From an uncultured delta proteobacterium (GTDB lineage Bacteria; Desulfobacterota; Desulfobacteria; Desulfobacterales; JAFDCJ01): DNA of 64,000 bases. Location: NCBI GenBank assembly GCA_963769935.1, contig CAVYNY010000018.1:96001-160000 (forward strand), in the 5' to 3' direction. The position numbers and the translations under genes are program-made. This document shows, piece by piece, positions 1 through 9,254 of this stretch (positions are counted from its first letter, which is position 1; each line of letters opens with the position of its first letter). Under the pieces are notes generated by a model. The model had not been told where the DNA came from, searched no databases, and saw nothing but the letters and a program-made list of their open reading frames with translations.

Positions 1-267
1 TTCAATGCTAAGATCACTGCCGTTTTTGCCGGTTTTCTGATTTCCCTGTCCATGGGCGCCGTTTTGGGCTTTAAACTGCCGCTTGAATCGAAACGGATAC
101 AAAGTTCGTCTGTGCGATGTGCTTAATAAGACTACATCACCGCCTTTGCCTCCGTCGCCGCCGTCCGGACCCCCCCGGGGAATAAATTTTTCGCGTCGAA
201 AACTTACGCATCCGCGACCGCCGTTGCCGGACTGAACGGTAATGAACACTTCATCAATGAATTTCAC
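1..267 (-). CDS. obgE: GTPase ObgE/CgtA, N-terminal part (runs off window start)
   Basis: Manual minus-strand translation from GTG at 267 gives [45 protein letters not shown], the Obg N-terminus. GTGA overlap with the rpmA stop; canonical rplU-rpmA-obg order. Confidence 0.95.
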   Translation of the reverse strand, partial: MKFIDEVFITVQSGNGGRGCVSFRREKFIPRGGPDGGDGGKGGDVVLLSTSHRRTLYPFRFKRQFKAQNGAHGQGNQKTGKNGSDLSIE

Positions 268-518
268 GCTGCATAAACGCTCACTTTTTTGCGATCGCGT
301 CCCACTCGTTCATAGGCCACCGTGCCGTCAACCTTGGCAAAAAGAGTATAATCCCTGCCCATACCGACATTGTCACCCGGATGGATTCTAGTGCCCACCT
401 GGCGCACCAGAATATTGCCGGCTTTGACCGTTTGACCGCCAAAACACTTGACGCCCCGTCGTTGAGCATTGCTGTCGCGGCCATTTTTTGAACTGCCGCC
501 TGCTTTTTTATGAGCCAT
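264..518 (-). CDS. rpmA: 50S ribosomal protein L27
   Basis: [24 protein letters not shown] signature. Confidence 0.98.
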   Translation of the reverse strand: MAHKKAGGSSKNGRDSNAQRRGVKCFGGQTVKAGNILVRQVGTRIHPGDNVGMGRDYTLFAKVDGTVAYERVGRDRKKVSVYAA

Positions 519-550
519 TGTAGATACCTCAACAAATTAGAATTTAAACA

Positions 551-949
551 TTAATCCGATACCGGCGCAGCATCTGCCTGTTTAATTTCCGGCTCGGACG
601 CTGTATCGGATGGGGCGGCTTCCTGGGCTGTGAGGCCGGCGCCCTTTATGCTGTCGATCTGCACCGCGGTGAATTCCTGACGATGCCCCTGTTTGCGGCG
701 GTAGCGTTTGCGCCTTTTGTACTTGAATACGAGGATTTTTTTGGCCCTGCCCTGCGCCACAATATGGCCTTCAACGGCAATATTGTCCAACATTGGCTGG
801 CCGATGCTGACATTTTCACCGTCGGAAAACATCAATACCCGGTCGAAGCTTACGGGGCTGCCGACATTCCCCGGGATCCTTTCAATTCTTAAAACCTCGC
901 CTTGCTGGACTTTGTATTGTTTACCGCCAGTATTGACTACCGCATACAT
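551..949 (-). CDS. rplU: 50S ribosomal protein L21 with ~30-aa Ala/acidic C-terminal extension
   Basis: MYAVVNTGGKQYKV...KYKRRKRYRRKQGHRQ; start placed at ATG 949 behind an AGGAGG RBS. Confidence 0.97.
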   Translation of the reverse strand: MYAVVNTGGKQYKVQQGEVLRIERIPGNVGSPVSFDRVLMFSDGENVSIGQPMLDNIAVEGHIVAQGRAKKILVFKYKRRKRYRRKQGHRQEFTAVQIDSIKGAGLTAQEAAPSDTASEPEIKQADAAPVSD

Positions 950-1000
950 CGGATCAGCCTCCTGTAAAATATATTTTAATCTTGGATTTAAAATTTGCAA

Positions 1001-1028
1001 ATATTAATCTTTAGAAACAATTTGTCAA
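1001..1028 (-). promoter_or_regulatory. Candidate sigma70 promoter for rplU-rpmA-obgE
   Basis: TTGACA-N16-TAATAT on the minus strand about 50 nt upstream of rplU. Confidence 0.5.
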
Positions 1029-1206
1029 GAAAAATCTGTAATTAACCCGTCCTCGAAAATAGACAAATGGTCATTCGGTCATATATTTTAATTATTTAAT
1101 CCGCCCTGAAAAGCGTCAAATATATTTTTTGGTTTTCGCCGAACCGTTCAACCGGTTCGGAACCTGATATCGATAGTCTCAGGGCGGCGTAAATAAGGAG
1201 GAATTA

Positions 1207-2013
1207 TTGAATACGACCACCCCTCGCCAGATTATTCACTGGGACCGGACATCCAATACAACCAAAGATAAGGATCTTCTGGGCGAAGAACCGCTTTCGA
1301 TTCGCATTCAGGGAAACCCATACTCGGTTATCATGCGCACGCCGGGCGATGAAATCGAGCTTGCGGCCGGATTCTGCCTGACGGAAGGCATCATCGACAC
1401 GCCGGCTGACTTCCAGTCGCTGGCTTTCTGTGACGGTGAAGATACCAATACGGTTGCCGTCACGCTGGTCCCGTCGCGCCGGGCGCTCATATCTGAAATT
1501 TTAGACCGACGGGGTTTTATCAGCCAATCCAGCTGCGGCCTTTGCGGCAAAGTGATCGTGGAAGATCTCTATCAAAAAATCATGCCTCTGGAGGACAATT
1601 CCCCGGTCGACATCAACGGCGCACTTGCCTGTCTTGAAAAAATTTCCCGGCATCAGCCCCTGCGCCGGCAGACGCGGGCCGCGCACGCTGCGGTTTTATA
1701 CAATTCGGACTTTGAATTATTGGCCGCGGCGGAGGATGTCGGCCGGCACAATGCCCTTGATAAAGTCATCGGCAAGACCTTTCTCGATAAAAAACTGGAT
1801 CAGACCGCGCTGCTGACCCTGTCATCCCGCATCAGTTATGAACTTGTTCAAAAAGCAGCCCGGGCCCGCATCCCGATCATTCTGGCCATATCGCGTCCCA
1901 CGGCGCTGGCAGTACAACTGGCAGCCCAATTAAACATCACGCTGGCAACCCTGGCGGATGGACCCGGATTATATATTTTTTCAGGCGCCCGGCGACTGTT
2001 GAACGGAAGGTAA
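1207..2013 (+). CDS. fdhD: Formate dehydrogenase accessory sulfurtransferase FdhD
   Basis: EEPLSI, MRTPG, SSCGLCG, AAEDVGRHNALDK and SSRISYELVQKA motifs; AAGGAGG RBS. Confidence 0.93.
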   Translation: MNTTTPRQIIHWDRTSNTTKDKDLLGEEPLSIRIQGNPYSVIMRTPGDEIELAAGFCLTEGIIDTPADFQSLAFCDGEDTNTVAVTLVPSRRALISEILDRRGFISQSSCGLCGKVIVEDLYQKIMPLEDNSPVDINGALACLEKISRHQPLRRQTRAAHAAVLYNSDFELLAAAEDVGRHNALDKVIGKTFLDKKLDQTALLTLSSRISYELVQKAARARIPIILAISRPTALAVQLAAQLNITLATLADGPGLYIFSGARRLLNGR

Positions 2014-2163
2014 ATAATCCCAGCCCAGAGGGTCAGGCTTTGAGTTCACCCCGGCTTCCGGCTCGCAGAGCCCACAGCTCGGAGAGAGGGGTGGTGTTTA
2101 CCGCCAGAGAACCCATGGAATAATGGATTGGAATAAAATTCGCTACGAAAAGGAGATTCGATC

Positions 2164-3228
2164 ATGCAATATTCGAATTTCGGCAACACCGGACTCATCG
2201 TCTCCCGTTTGGCCTTCGGCGCCATGACATTCGGCCAGGGAACCCTGGTCGGCGAGCTCAAAAATAATATGGATCAGAACGTTGCCGATCAGCTGGTGGG
2301 AATGTGCCTGGATGCCGGTATCAACTTCTTTGACACAGCCGACATGTATACCTCCGGTCAGTCTGAAATTATGCTGGGAAAAGCGCTGAAAGGCAAACGC
2401 GATGATGTTATCATAAGCACCAAATGCGGCTTTCGCAGCGGTGCGGCGGTGATCGCCAGCGGATTGTCCTACCGCTACATTTTAAAAGCCGTGGCGGCTA
2501 GCCTGAAGCGCCTGGCCACCGATTACATCGACCTTTTTCTGGTCCACATTCCGGATCCCATCACGCCCCTGGAAGAAACCGCCCGGGCCCTGGATGACGT
2601 CGTCAAAAAGGGTTGGGTGCGTTATGTCGGCTGCAGCAACTATCCGGCCTGGAAAGCGCAGAAAATGCTCGCTATTCAGCAAAGGGACGGCCGGGTAAAA
2701 TGGATCGGCGCCCAGATGTACTATTCGTTGCTGGGCCGCGATCTGGAAATTGACGTGGTACCGTTTCTGCAAGACAACGGTCTGGGACTGATGGTCTGGA
2801 GCCCCCTGGCCAGCGGATTTTTGACCGGCAAATATACCGGCGAAAACCCGGTGCCGCCGGACAGTCGCCGGGCTGTCTTCGATTTCCCTCCCATAGACAT
2901 CGAAAAAGGCTATGCCGTGGTCGCAGCGCTCAAAGAACTCGGTGCTAAATACGAGGCTTCGGTGGCCCAGATGGCGCTGGCCTGGCTGCTGGCCAAACCG
3001 GTGGTTTCCAGCATAATCATCGGCGCAACCAAAACCCGGCAACTGGAAGAAAACCTCGGGGCCGCACGGCTTAATCTGTCAGCCGAAGATGTGCAGGCGC
3101 TCGATGATTTAACATCCACCCCTGCGCCATATCCGGCCTGGATGCAGCCGCTGGGCTGGGATGAGAAAGTCAAAGAAGCGCTTGGCGCAGAGGGCAGAGA
3201 GCAGAGAGCAGTGGGTTTGGGAGCTTAA
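2164..3228 (+). CDS. Aldo/keto reductase
   Basis: GLIVSRLAFGAMTFG, FFDTADMY, ISTK, WSPLASGFLTGKY and IIGAT motifs; the last ~16 codons run into a repeat. Confidence 0.92.
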   Translation: MQYSNFGNTGLIVSRLAFGAMTFGQGTLVGELKNNMDQNVADQLVGMCLDAGINFFDTADMYTSGQSEIMLGKALKGKRDDVIISTKCGFRSGAAVIASGLSYRYILKAVAASLKRLATDYIDLFLVHIPDPITPLEETARALDDVVKKGWVRYVGCSNYPAWKAQKMLAIQQRDGRVKWIGAQMYYSLLGRDLEIDVVPFLQDNGLGLMVWSPLASGFLTGKYTGENPVPPDSRRAVFDFPPIDIEKGYAVVAALKELGAKYEASVAQMALAWLLAKPVVSSIIIGATKTRQLEENLGAARLNLSAEDVQALDDLTSTPAPYPAWMQPLGWDEKVKEALGAEGREQRAVGLGA

Positions 3229-3255
3229 GGTATTTTACAAAAACCGGAGCGGATC

Positions 3256-3498
3256 AAAATCTCAAATCCCAAATCACAAATTCCAAATAAATTTCAATGA
3301 CCAAAATTCAAAATTCCAAACGGGCCATAGTCTATTTCGCTTAAATCTCTTGTAAATACGGGATCTTTCATCACGGAAGCACGAAAGCTGTAAAACTCGG
3401 AGAACACGTACCTGGATTTTCGTGGTTTTGCCGGTTTCGGTCATTGATTATTGTAATTTGGGATTTATTTGTAATTTGGTGCTTGGAATTTGGAGTTT
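3256..3498. repeat. Inverted-arm element with ~7-nt periodic arms (AAATxxC), copy 1
   Basis: Left arm 3256-3321 (aaatctc-aaatccc-aaatcac-aaattcc...caatgacc) and right arm 3432-3498 are imperfect reverse complements; related copy at 55931-56149. Confidence 0.8.
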
Positions 3499-3586
3499 AT
3501 TCCATTTTTAAAAAATATTCTTCAATCTTCAATCGTCATTCGTCAATCGTCATTTCCCAGGGTCTCCCGGACCCTCAGGAACAGCC

Positions 3587-4750
3587 TCAGGTAGGCCCGC
3601 ATTGCGACGGCGTGAGTGAGCAACCAGAATCGGACGATGCCGGGGCGGATGTTTTGGGCGCGGACGGCCGGGCCGATTTCGGCCGCACTGCCAGAGATCT
3701 TATTTTACGGTATAAAGGTTTAACCGATAGAAACAGTATCAACAGCGCACCTGCCCACTGCACCCAAACCGGCACCAGCTCGGATGCGTGGCCCACCATG
3801 GCTTGCGCTGAAATGCCCATGACGGCATACACATGATCGAGAACCAGGCCGAAAAATACGGCCGAAACCGCTATCGTGCTCAGATAGATAGCGGTGGCCC
3901 GCTTGCCGAGAATTCCCGTCAGAACGGTCAAAGACGCCACATTCGTGGCGGGACCGACCAGTAAAAACACCAGGGCTGCGCCCGGGCTGACGCCTTTTAA
4001 GATCAAGGCCGCAGCAATGGGCGTTGAAGCGGTTGCACAAATATACAATGGAATTCCAATGACCAGCATCAGAAGCATGGCCGACAACCCGGACCCGAGA
4101 TATCTGCTGAAGATATCATCCGGGATTAAAACAGTTATGAACCCCGCCAGCAACACTCCGAAAAGAAACCATTTTGCAATGTCCTCCCAGAGATCGCCAA
4201 AGGCATAGCCTACCCCGGCTTTGACTTTTTCTGAAAAGGTATGGTGACTTCGGTGGGTTTCCGGATCACAATTTTTGCCGTCACAGCAGTTGTCGACCGG
4301 ACAGCTGAGATCCGGTATGATCCTTTTGTTTTCAGCGCTATTGCCGAATAAATTTTCGGCGATGCCGGCGATGGTTGCCGTGATAAAGGCGACCAAAGGT
4401 CTTGCCACCGTCATGATCGGGTCCAGCAGCGCATAGGTGATGGAAATCGAATCCACCCCGGATTCCGGCGTTGATATTAAAAAGGCCGTCGTGGCGCCGT
4501 TGTTGGCGCCCTGTTTACGCAGCGACACGGCTGCGGGCAATACCCCGCAGGATCACAACGGAATGGGAATACCTAGAAAAGCCGCTTTAAAGACCGATGA
4601 AAACCGTCCCCGGCCCAGGTGCCGGATCACTGTGTTCGGATTGAGAAACACCCGCAACAGACCGCTGACCAGCAGACCGAATAAAATATAAACCGAGGCT
4701 TCGAGCAGCAGATGCCACGATTCCTTCAATACATCGAGTATAAAATTCAA
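3587..4750 (-). CDS. SO_0444/DUF318-family metal/metalloid permease, probable selenoprotein (in-frame TGA at 4553-4555)
   Basis: ORFs 4553..4750 and 3587..4540 are in the same frame. Read-through gives ...GIPIPL-U-SCGVLPAAVSLRKQGA...ISTPESGVDS...PLYICATASTP, with TGA at the first Cys of the family PLCSCG motif. Confidence 0.85.
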
Positions 4751-4939
4751 GTCCTCTATCCCCTGCTTTTGTTGATTAAGTTTGTTGTGTTCGTTGAGTG
4801 TATTGAGTTCATTGAGTTCGTTGTGTTGATGCGATTGAATGAATCACCCTCTCACACGAATCAACCCAATCCATATTTGACGATACGCTCTGCTCTCAGC
4901 CCTTCGCGTCTCGTCCTTTCCGCTTATATGAAACTACAT

Positions 4940-5045
4940 CTCACACAAAGCGCTCGGAGATCACATAGGTCTAGGTTTACAGGCGCCTGCGGCGAAAGAA
5001 AAATGTTCTCTGCGGTCTCTGTGAGCTCTAACGAAGTGGGCGTGA
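4940..5045. repeat. Degenerate CAC..CAGAG / CTCTG..GTG inverted-arm element
   Basis: tctcacacaaagcgctcggagatcacatag ... ctctgcggtctctgtgagctct...gtga; resembles the element at 61241-61414. Confidence 0.5.
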
Positions 5046-5180
5046 TATTAAATCCAACTGTGTCCGATTTCCAAAAGTTTCTTTTATGATCAGACCGGCC
5101 GTTGTTTTGGCCGGCGGCGGCGCTGACACCTGAAACCTCAAAACCGCTCTCTGCCCTCTGCTCTATGCGCTTTGCGCTGA

Positions 5181-5555
5181 CTATTCCCTAACGTGTTCCA
5201 GCCCAAGATTTAAAAGCCGGGCGACATGTTCATCATCCAGCGAATAGTACATGACTTGTCCCGCACGCCGTTTTTTGACCAGGGATAGATCTTTCAGACG
5301 GCGCAGCTGATGGGACACGGCCGACTCGCTCAGCCCCGTAAATGCCGCCAGATCGCAGACACACATTTCGACATTTCGCAGGGTCATCACGATTTTGAGG
5401 CGGTTCGGATCACCCAACACCTTGTACGTCAGGGACAGTCGTTCCACTTCGCGGTCCGAAATGGCATCTTCACGCGCCTGCTCAACCCGGTCCAGGTGAA
5501 TCACCCGTATTTGACAGCCGTCTTCCTGGATTAATTTGGCCTTGGCTGATCCCAT
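5181..5555 (-). CDS. ArsR/SmtB (CadC/ZiaR-like) metal-responsive repressor
   Basis: KVLGDPNRLKI...EMCVCDLAAFTGLSESAVSHQLRRLK...YYSLDDEHV...HVRE. Start placed at ATG 5555 because the longer ORF overlaps the operator. Confidence 0.93.
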   Translation of the reverse strand: MGSAKAKLIQEDGCQIRVIHLDRVEQAREDAISDREVERLSLTYKVLGDPNRLKIVMTLRNVEMCVCDLAAFTGLSESAVSHQLRRLKDLSLVKKRRAGQVMYYSLDDEHVARLLNLGLEHVRE

Positions 5556-5572
5556 GCCGCCCCCCCTGCTAA

Positions 5573-5598
5573 AATATCTGAACAGATGTTCATATATT
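5573..5598. promoter_or_regulatory. SmtB/ArsR-type 12-2-12 operator
   Basis: aatatcTGAACAgaTGTTCAtatatt, a near-perfect palindrome directly upstream of the ArsR gene. Confidence 0.85.
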
Positions 5599-5618
5599 AA
5601 ATCAATGTGCGTCAATAA

Positions 5619-7490
5619 TCAAGATTTTTTTTGCGGCAAGGTAATGGTGAATTCACAGCCGGACCCCTTAAGATTTTTGACGGATATATTGCCTCTGTAT
5701 TTTTTTACGATCCCGTAACTCACGGATAATCCCAGCCCCAGGTTGGCGTCATTGCCCTTCTTGGTGGAATAGAATGGCAGGAAAATATTGTCCGGATTTT
5801 CATCTTCGATTCCGATGCCATCGTCTTTGAAAACAATGCAGGCATAGGGCTTGCCGTCCATCTGGACACTCGAAGTGTGAATGCAAATCTCTCCGCCGCC
5901 AACGGAGGCCTCGAAACTGTTTTTCAACAGATTCAATACCACCTGTTTGATCTCATTCATATTGGCATTCAGATGAATGGGATGCTCGGCCGGGGTATAT
6001 TCAATGCGAATCCTTTTATTTTTGGCGTTGAATCGGATAAGATTAATAATGCTGGCAATCAGGCCGTTTAATTCAAACTCCTCGTTGACCAATTTATTGC
6101 TGTCTGAAAACGAAATCAGGTTGCTGACAATCTGCTTAATATCGGTAAGTTCTTCTTCAATGTTGGCAATGGTTTCATACATTTTTTCTTTGTCGATATG
6201 GAATTTCATAAAATTTAAATGATTATAAATGATCTCCAGGGGGTTGTTGATTTCATGCGCCACCCCGGCGGCCAGAATTCCCACCGAAGCCAGTTTCTCG
6301 GAGAGAATCACCTGCTGGCGCAGCTTTTCCTGTTTGGAGACATCTTCGATGATGGTAATATTGCCGATGAGAAAGGCGCCGTCATATATGGGCAGGATTT
6401 TGATGTTCGTGATGGTCTTATTGGCATTTACAACCATTGGCACATTGTAAAATGTCTTCTCTTTTTTTTCTGAAAAGGCGGATTTGATCAGGTCCAGTGC
6501 GTTTTTACTGCCTTCCGAAAATAATCCGTCCAGAAAGAGATTTCGATAGCCTGCTTTTTCGAGATTGAAATAGGCTTTGCCGTGGTCGTTGATCATTTTA
6601 ATCTTATTTTCATTGTCTGAAACAATGAGGTTGATGGGCAGCTTCTGCAAAATGGCCTCATTGTATCGCAGAAGTTGAATGAAATCCTGGTAGCTTTCGA
6701 TGTCGTCACTTCCGGAAATTTGAGTATAGCACAATTTGATCAGGTTGATTTTGTCAATGTTGTTCACCGAATCGGTTAAAATAATCTCGCCGTTTCGCAG
6801 GATGGTGACCTTATCGGCCAAACCGTAGATATCATCGATGCTGTGCGTGATGCAGAGAATGGATGTCCCTGTTTTCTTCAGTGCGCTTAATATATCGAGA
6901 ATTTTTTCCAGATGCGTTGCCGCCAGCTTTTCAAGCACGGCGTCGAGGATCAGAAGATCAGGTTTGCGGTACACGCTTCTCAGAATATGGATGACCATCC
7001 GGTCGGACAACGGTAAATTGTTAATAATGGCTGCGGGATCGATGTCGAAACCGTAGCCGGACAGCAGGGCACTCGCCTCTTCCTGCATCAGTCGTCTCTT
7101 TTTGATGAGGGGAAACGGATGATAGACTTTATCCGGGATGAGAAGATTTTCAGCGACGGAGAAATAATTAATGAGTTGAATCTCCTGGGAAGCCATCTCG
7201 ATGTTCAATTTACGCGCTTTACGCAGTGTGAAGTGAGGATAGCTTTCGTCTTTGAACAAAAGTTCACCGGAGGCGGGCTTGATCGCGCCGCAGAGGATCA
7301 TCCCCAACGTAGACTTGCCGGAACCGTGATCTCCCACGATGGCGTGAAATTCAGACCGGTGAAGTTCCAGGCTGATGTTTTTCAGAACCTGAATATTATC
7401 CCGGTTAAAATTGATATTCTTCAGCCTTAATAGGGTCGGCGGACTGGAAGGCTGGGATCGACTAACCTGTTCCTGTAAGTGATATTCCAT
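5619..7490 (-). CDS. Hybrid sensor: sugar-ABC-type ATPase domain + PAS + histidine kinase (HisKA/HATPase_c)
   Basis: Walker A GDHGSGKST, degenerate Walker B LLILDA and H-loop ITH; PAS-like segment; H-box AAGVAHEINNPL, N-box LNLLKN, DDGIGI, FYSTK, LGLGL; no transmembrane helices evident. Confidence 0.9.
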   Translation of the reverse strand: MEYHLQEQVSRSQPSSPPTLLRLKNINFNRDNIQVLKNISLELHRSEFHAIVGDHGSGKSTLGMILCGAIKPASGELLFKDESYPHFTLRKARKLNIEMASQEIQLINYFSVAENLLIPDKVYHPFPLIKKRRLMQEEASALLSGYGFDIDPAAIINNLPLSDRMVIHILRSVYRKPDLLILDAVLEKLAATHLEKILDILSALKKTGTSILCITHSIDDIYGLADKVTILRNGEIILTDSVNNIDKINLIKLCYTQISGSDDIESYQDFIQLLRYNEAILQKLPINLIVSDNENKIKMINDHGKAYFNLEKAGYRNLFLDGLFSEGSKNALDLIKSAFSEKKEKTFYNVPMVVNANKTITNIKILPIYDGAFLIGNITIIEDVSKQEKLRQQVILSEKLASVGILAAGVAHEINNPLEIIYNHLNFMKFHIDKEKMYETIANIEEELTDIKQIVSNLISFSDSNKLVNEEFELNGLIASIINLIRFNAKNKRIRIEYTPAEHPIHLNANMNEIKQVVLNLLKNSFEASVGGGEICIHTSSVQMDGKPYACIVFKDDGIGIEDENPDNIFLPFYSTKKGNDANLGLGLSVSYGIVKKYRGNISVKNLKGSGCEFTITLPQKKS

Positions 7491-8805
7491 ACTTCTTTAA
7501 CTTGTTATACAAGGTTTTCCTGCTGATATCCAACAATCTTGCGGCCTTGCGCTTATTGTAATCGGATTGCTTCAGCATCTTCAAAATCAGCATTTTTTCG
7601 GTTTCTTCCATGATGTTGTATTCGCTTTGTTCTAGCTTCATATCGATAAACGCCGCCGGCAAATCCTCAATTCGAATGTCGCCCGTCGTTGCCATGGTGG
7701 CCGCGTAATTAATGGTATTTTTAAGCTCTCTGATATTACCGGGCCAGTGATAATGACAAAAACGCTTCAACACGTCTTCGGATACCCGCTTGACCATTTT
7801 TGGGTTGTTGTTTGAAATTTGGCTGAGAAAATAATTTACCAGAACAGGAATATCCTCCATGCGCTCCTTGAGCGGGGGAATGTGCAGGGTCGCCGCATTG
7901 ATGCGATAGTATAGATCTTCTCTAAAACGCCCCGCTTCGATAAAGGCTCTAATATCCTTATTGGTGGAAGCGATAAAGCGCACGTCGATGGTGATGTTCT
8001 TGTTGCCGCCGATTCGTCTGATCTCATTGTTTTGAAGGGTTCGAAGTATTTTGGCCTGGGTCGAAGGCGCCATGTCGCCGATTTCATCCAGGTGCAGGGT
8101 GCCTCCATCGGCCCTTTCAAAAATACCGATAAAGGCTGCATCCGCGCCGGTATAGGCACCCTTCTCATGGCCGAACAGCTCGTTGTCCAGCAGCGACTCG
8201 GGAAATGCCGCACAGTTGATGCTGTTGATCTGATATGCGCTGCGTTTTGAGTTGTTGTGGATGAAATTCGCCAGCAGTTCCTTGCCCGTCCCATTTTCCC
8301 CGATGATGAGAATCGGAATATCGGTTTTGGCCAGCCGTTTTGCTTTATTGCACACATCGTTCATTTTCTGGTTGCGCGTGATGATACGATCCGTTAAAGC
8401 GACGATTCTGTTCTTTAAGCGCTGATTTTCATTTTTAAGATCCGCCATCCGAACGGCGTTCTCCACGATTTTCAATATGTTGTTGAAATTTAACGGCTTC
8501 TGCAAGTAATCAAAGGCACCGAGTTTTACGGATTTGACGGCGGTTTCAATGGAGCCGTACCCGGTAATCATGATGACGGGCAGTTTACTATCCCAGGACA
8601 ACAGCCGCTCAAGGACGCTGACGCCGTCTTCTTTGCCCAGCACAATATCCAAAAGAACCACTCCCACCGGGTGTTGCGATAATATGTCAAAGGCCTTGGT
8701 GCTGTTTTCGGCATAATGGCAACGGTATCCGAGTTGATCAAAATTCTGGGCCAGGCTTTTACAGAGTTTGATGTTGTCATCGATGATCAGAATACCCGCT
8801 GCCAT
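7462..8805 (-). CDS. Sigma54-dependent response regulator (NtrC/AtoC family)
   Basis: REC (IIDD, LLD, K), AAA+ GENGTGKE, ELFGHEKGAYTGA (GAFTGA variant), WPGNIREL and Fis-type HTH. Confidence 0.95.
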   Translation of the reverse strand: MAAGILIIDDNIKLCKSLAQNFDQLGYRCHYAENSTKAFDILSQHPVGVVLLDIVLGKEDGVSVLERLLSWDSKLPVIMITGYGSIETAVKSVKLGAFDYLQKPLNFNNILKIVENAVRMADLKNENQRLKNRIVALTDRIITRNQKMNDVCNKAKRLAKTDIPILIIGENGTGKELLANFIHNNSKRSAYQINSINCAAFPESLLDNELFGHEKGAYTGADAAFIGIFERADGGTLHLDEIGDMAPSTQAKILRTLQNNEIRRIGGNKNITIDVRFIASTNKDIRAFIEAGRFREDLYYRINAATLHIPPLKERMEDIPVLVNYFLSQISNNNPKMVKRVSEDVLKRFCHYHWPGNIRELKNTINYAATMATTGDIRIEDLPAAFIDMKLEQSEYNIMEETEKMLILKMLKQSDYNKRKAARLLDISRKTLYNKLKKYGISLTGTG

Positions 8806-8817
8806 GGTGATCGCTCC

Positions 8818-8861
8818 TTACACGTAGTTACACAATGTGTGTAATATTTACACAATGTGTG
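8818..8861. promoter_or_regulatory. Tandem palindromic sites, probable activator binding sites (UAS) or autoregulatory operator
   Basis: ttacacaatgtgtg twice with a 20-bp period (8828-8841, 8848-8861) plus a half-site ttacac at 8818, about 220 bp upstream of the sigma54 promoter. Confidence 0.65.
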
Positions 8862-9079
8862 CCCCCAAGTCAACATCATAAAAATCATATTCTCAACTTT
8901 GTTTCCGCCGTGAAAAGGATCGTGCCCCATTGCATGCTTATCGAGTTTACTTCATGGTCTTATCTTTGATCGGTAATAAAATCAAACTATTATGGCATCG
9001 CTTACCGGCAGGACGCCATCCGGTCGCCCGCCTGTTGTTTTCAGTCCATTGCTTTCAAAACCCATCGAAACTCTTAATC

Positions 9080-9095
9080 TGGCACATGGATTGCT
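9080..9095 (+). promoter_or_regulatory. Sigma54 (-24/-12) promoter of the sugar cluster
   Basis: TGGCAC-ATGGA-TTGCT matches the TGGCAC-N5-TTGCW consensus. Confidence 0.88.
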
Positions 9096-9254
9096 TTTTG
9101 GATACAATAGCCGCGGTGTTGATATCATTATTTTTAAGAGAGGGCGGAACAAAAACACCCTGTCATGCGTCCATTTTGACCTTAACACCCAAGGCGGAAT
9201 TCCCTATATTTCGCCCCTAAAAAAGCGGGGTCTTCTCACCAAAGGAGGGAGGTT

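Noticed and set aside
3256..3552. Periodic repeats as a CRISPR array
   Set aside because: Units are 7-9 nt and degenerate, with no constant 23-47 nt repeat separated by unique spacers and no cas genes in the window.
4553..4750. Separate 65-aa gene or nonsense pseudogene
   Set aside because: It is in frame with the downstream ORF and the TGA sits at a conserved Cys, so Sec read-through is the better explanation.
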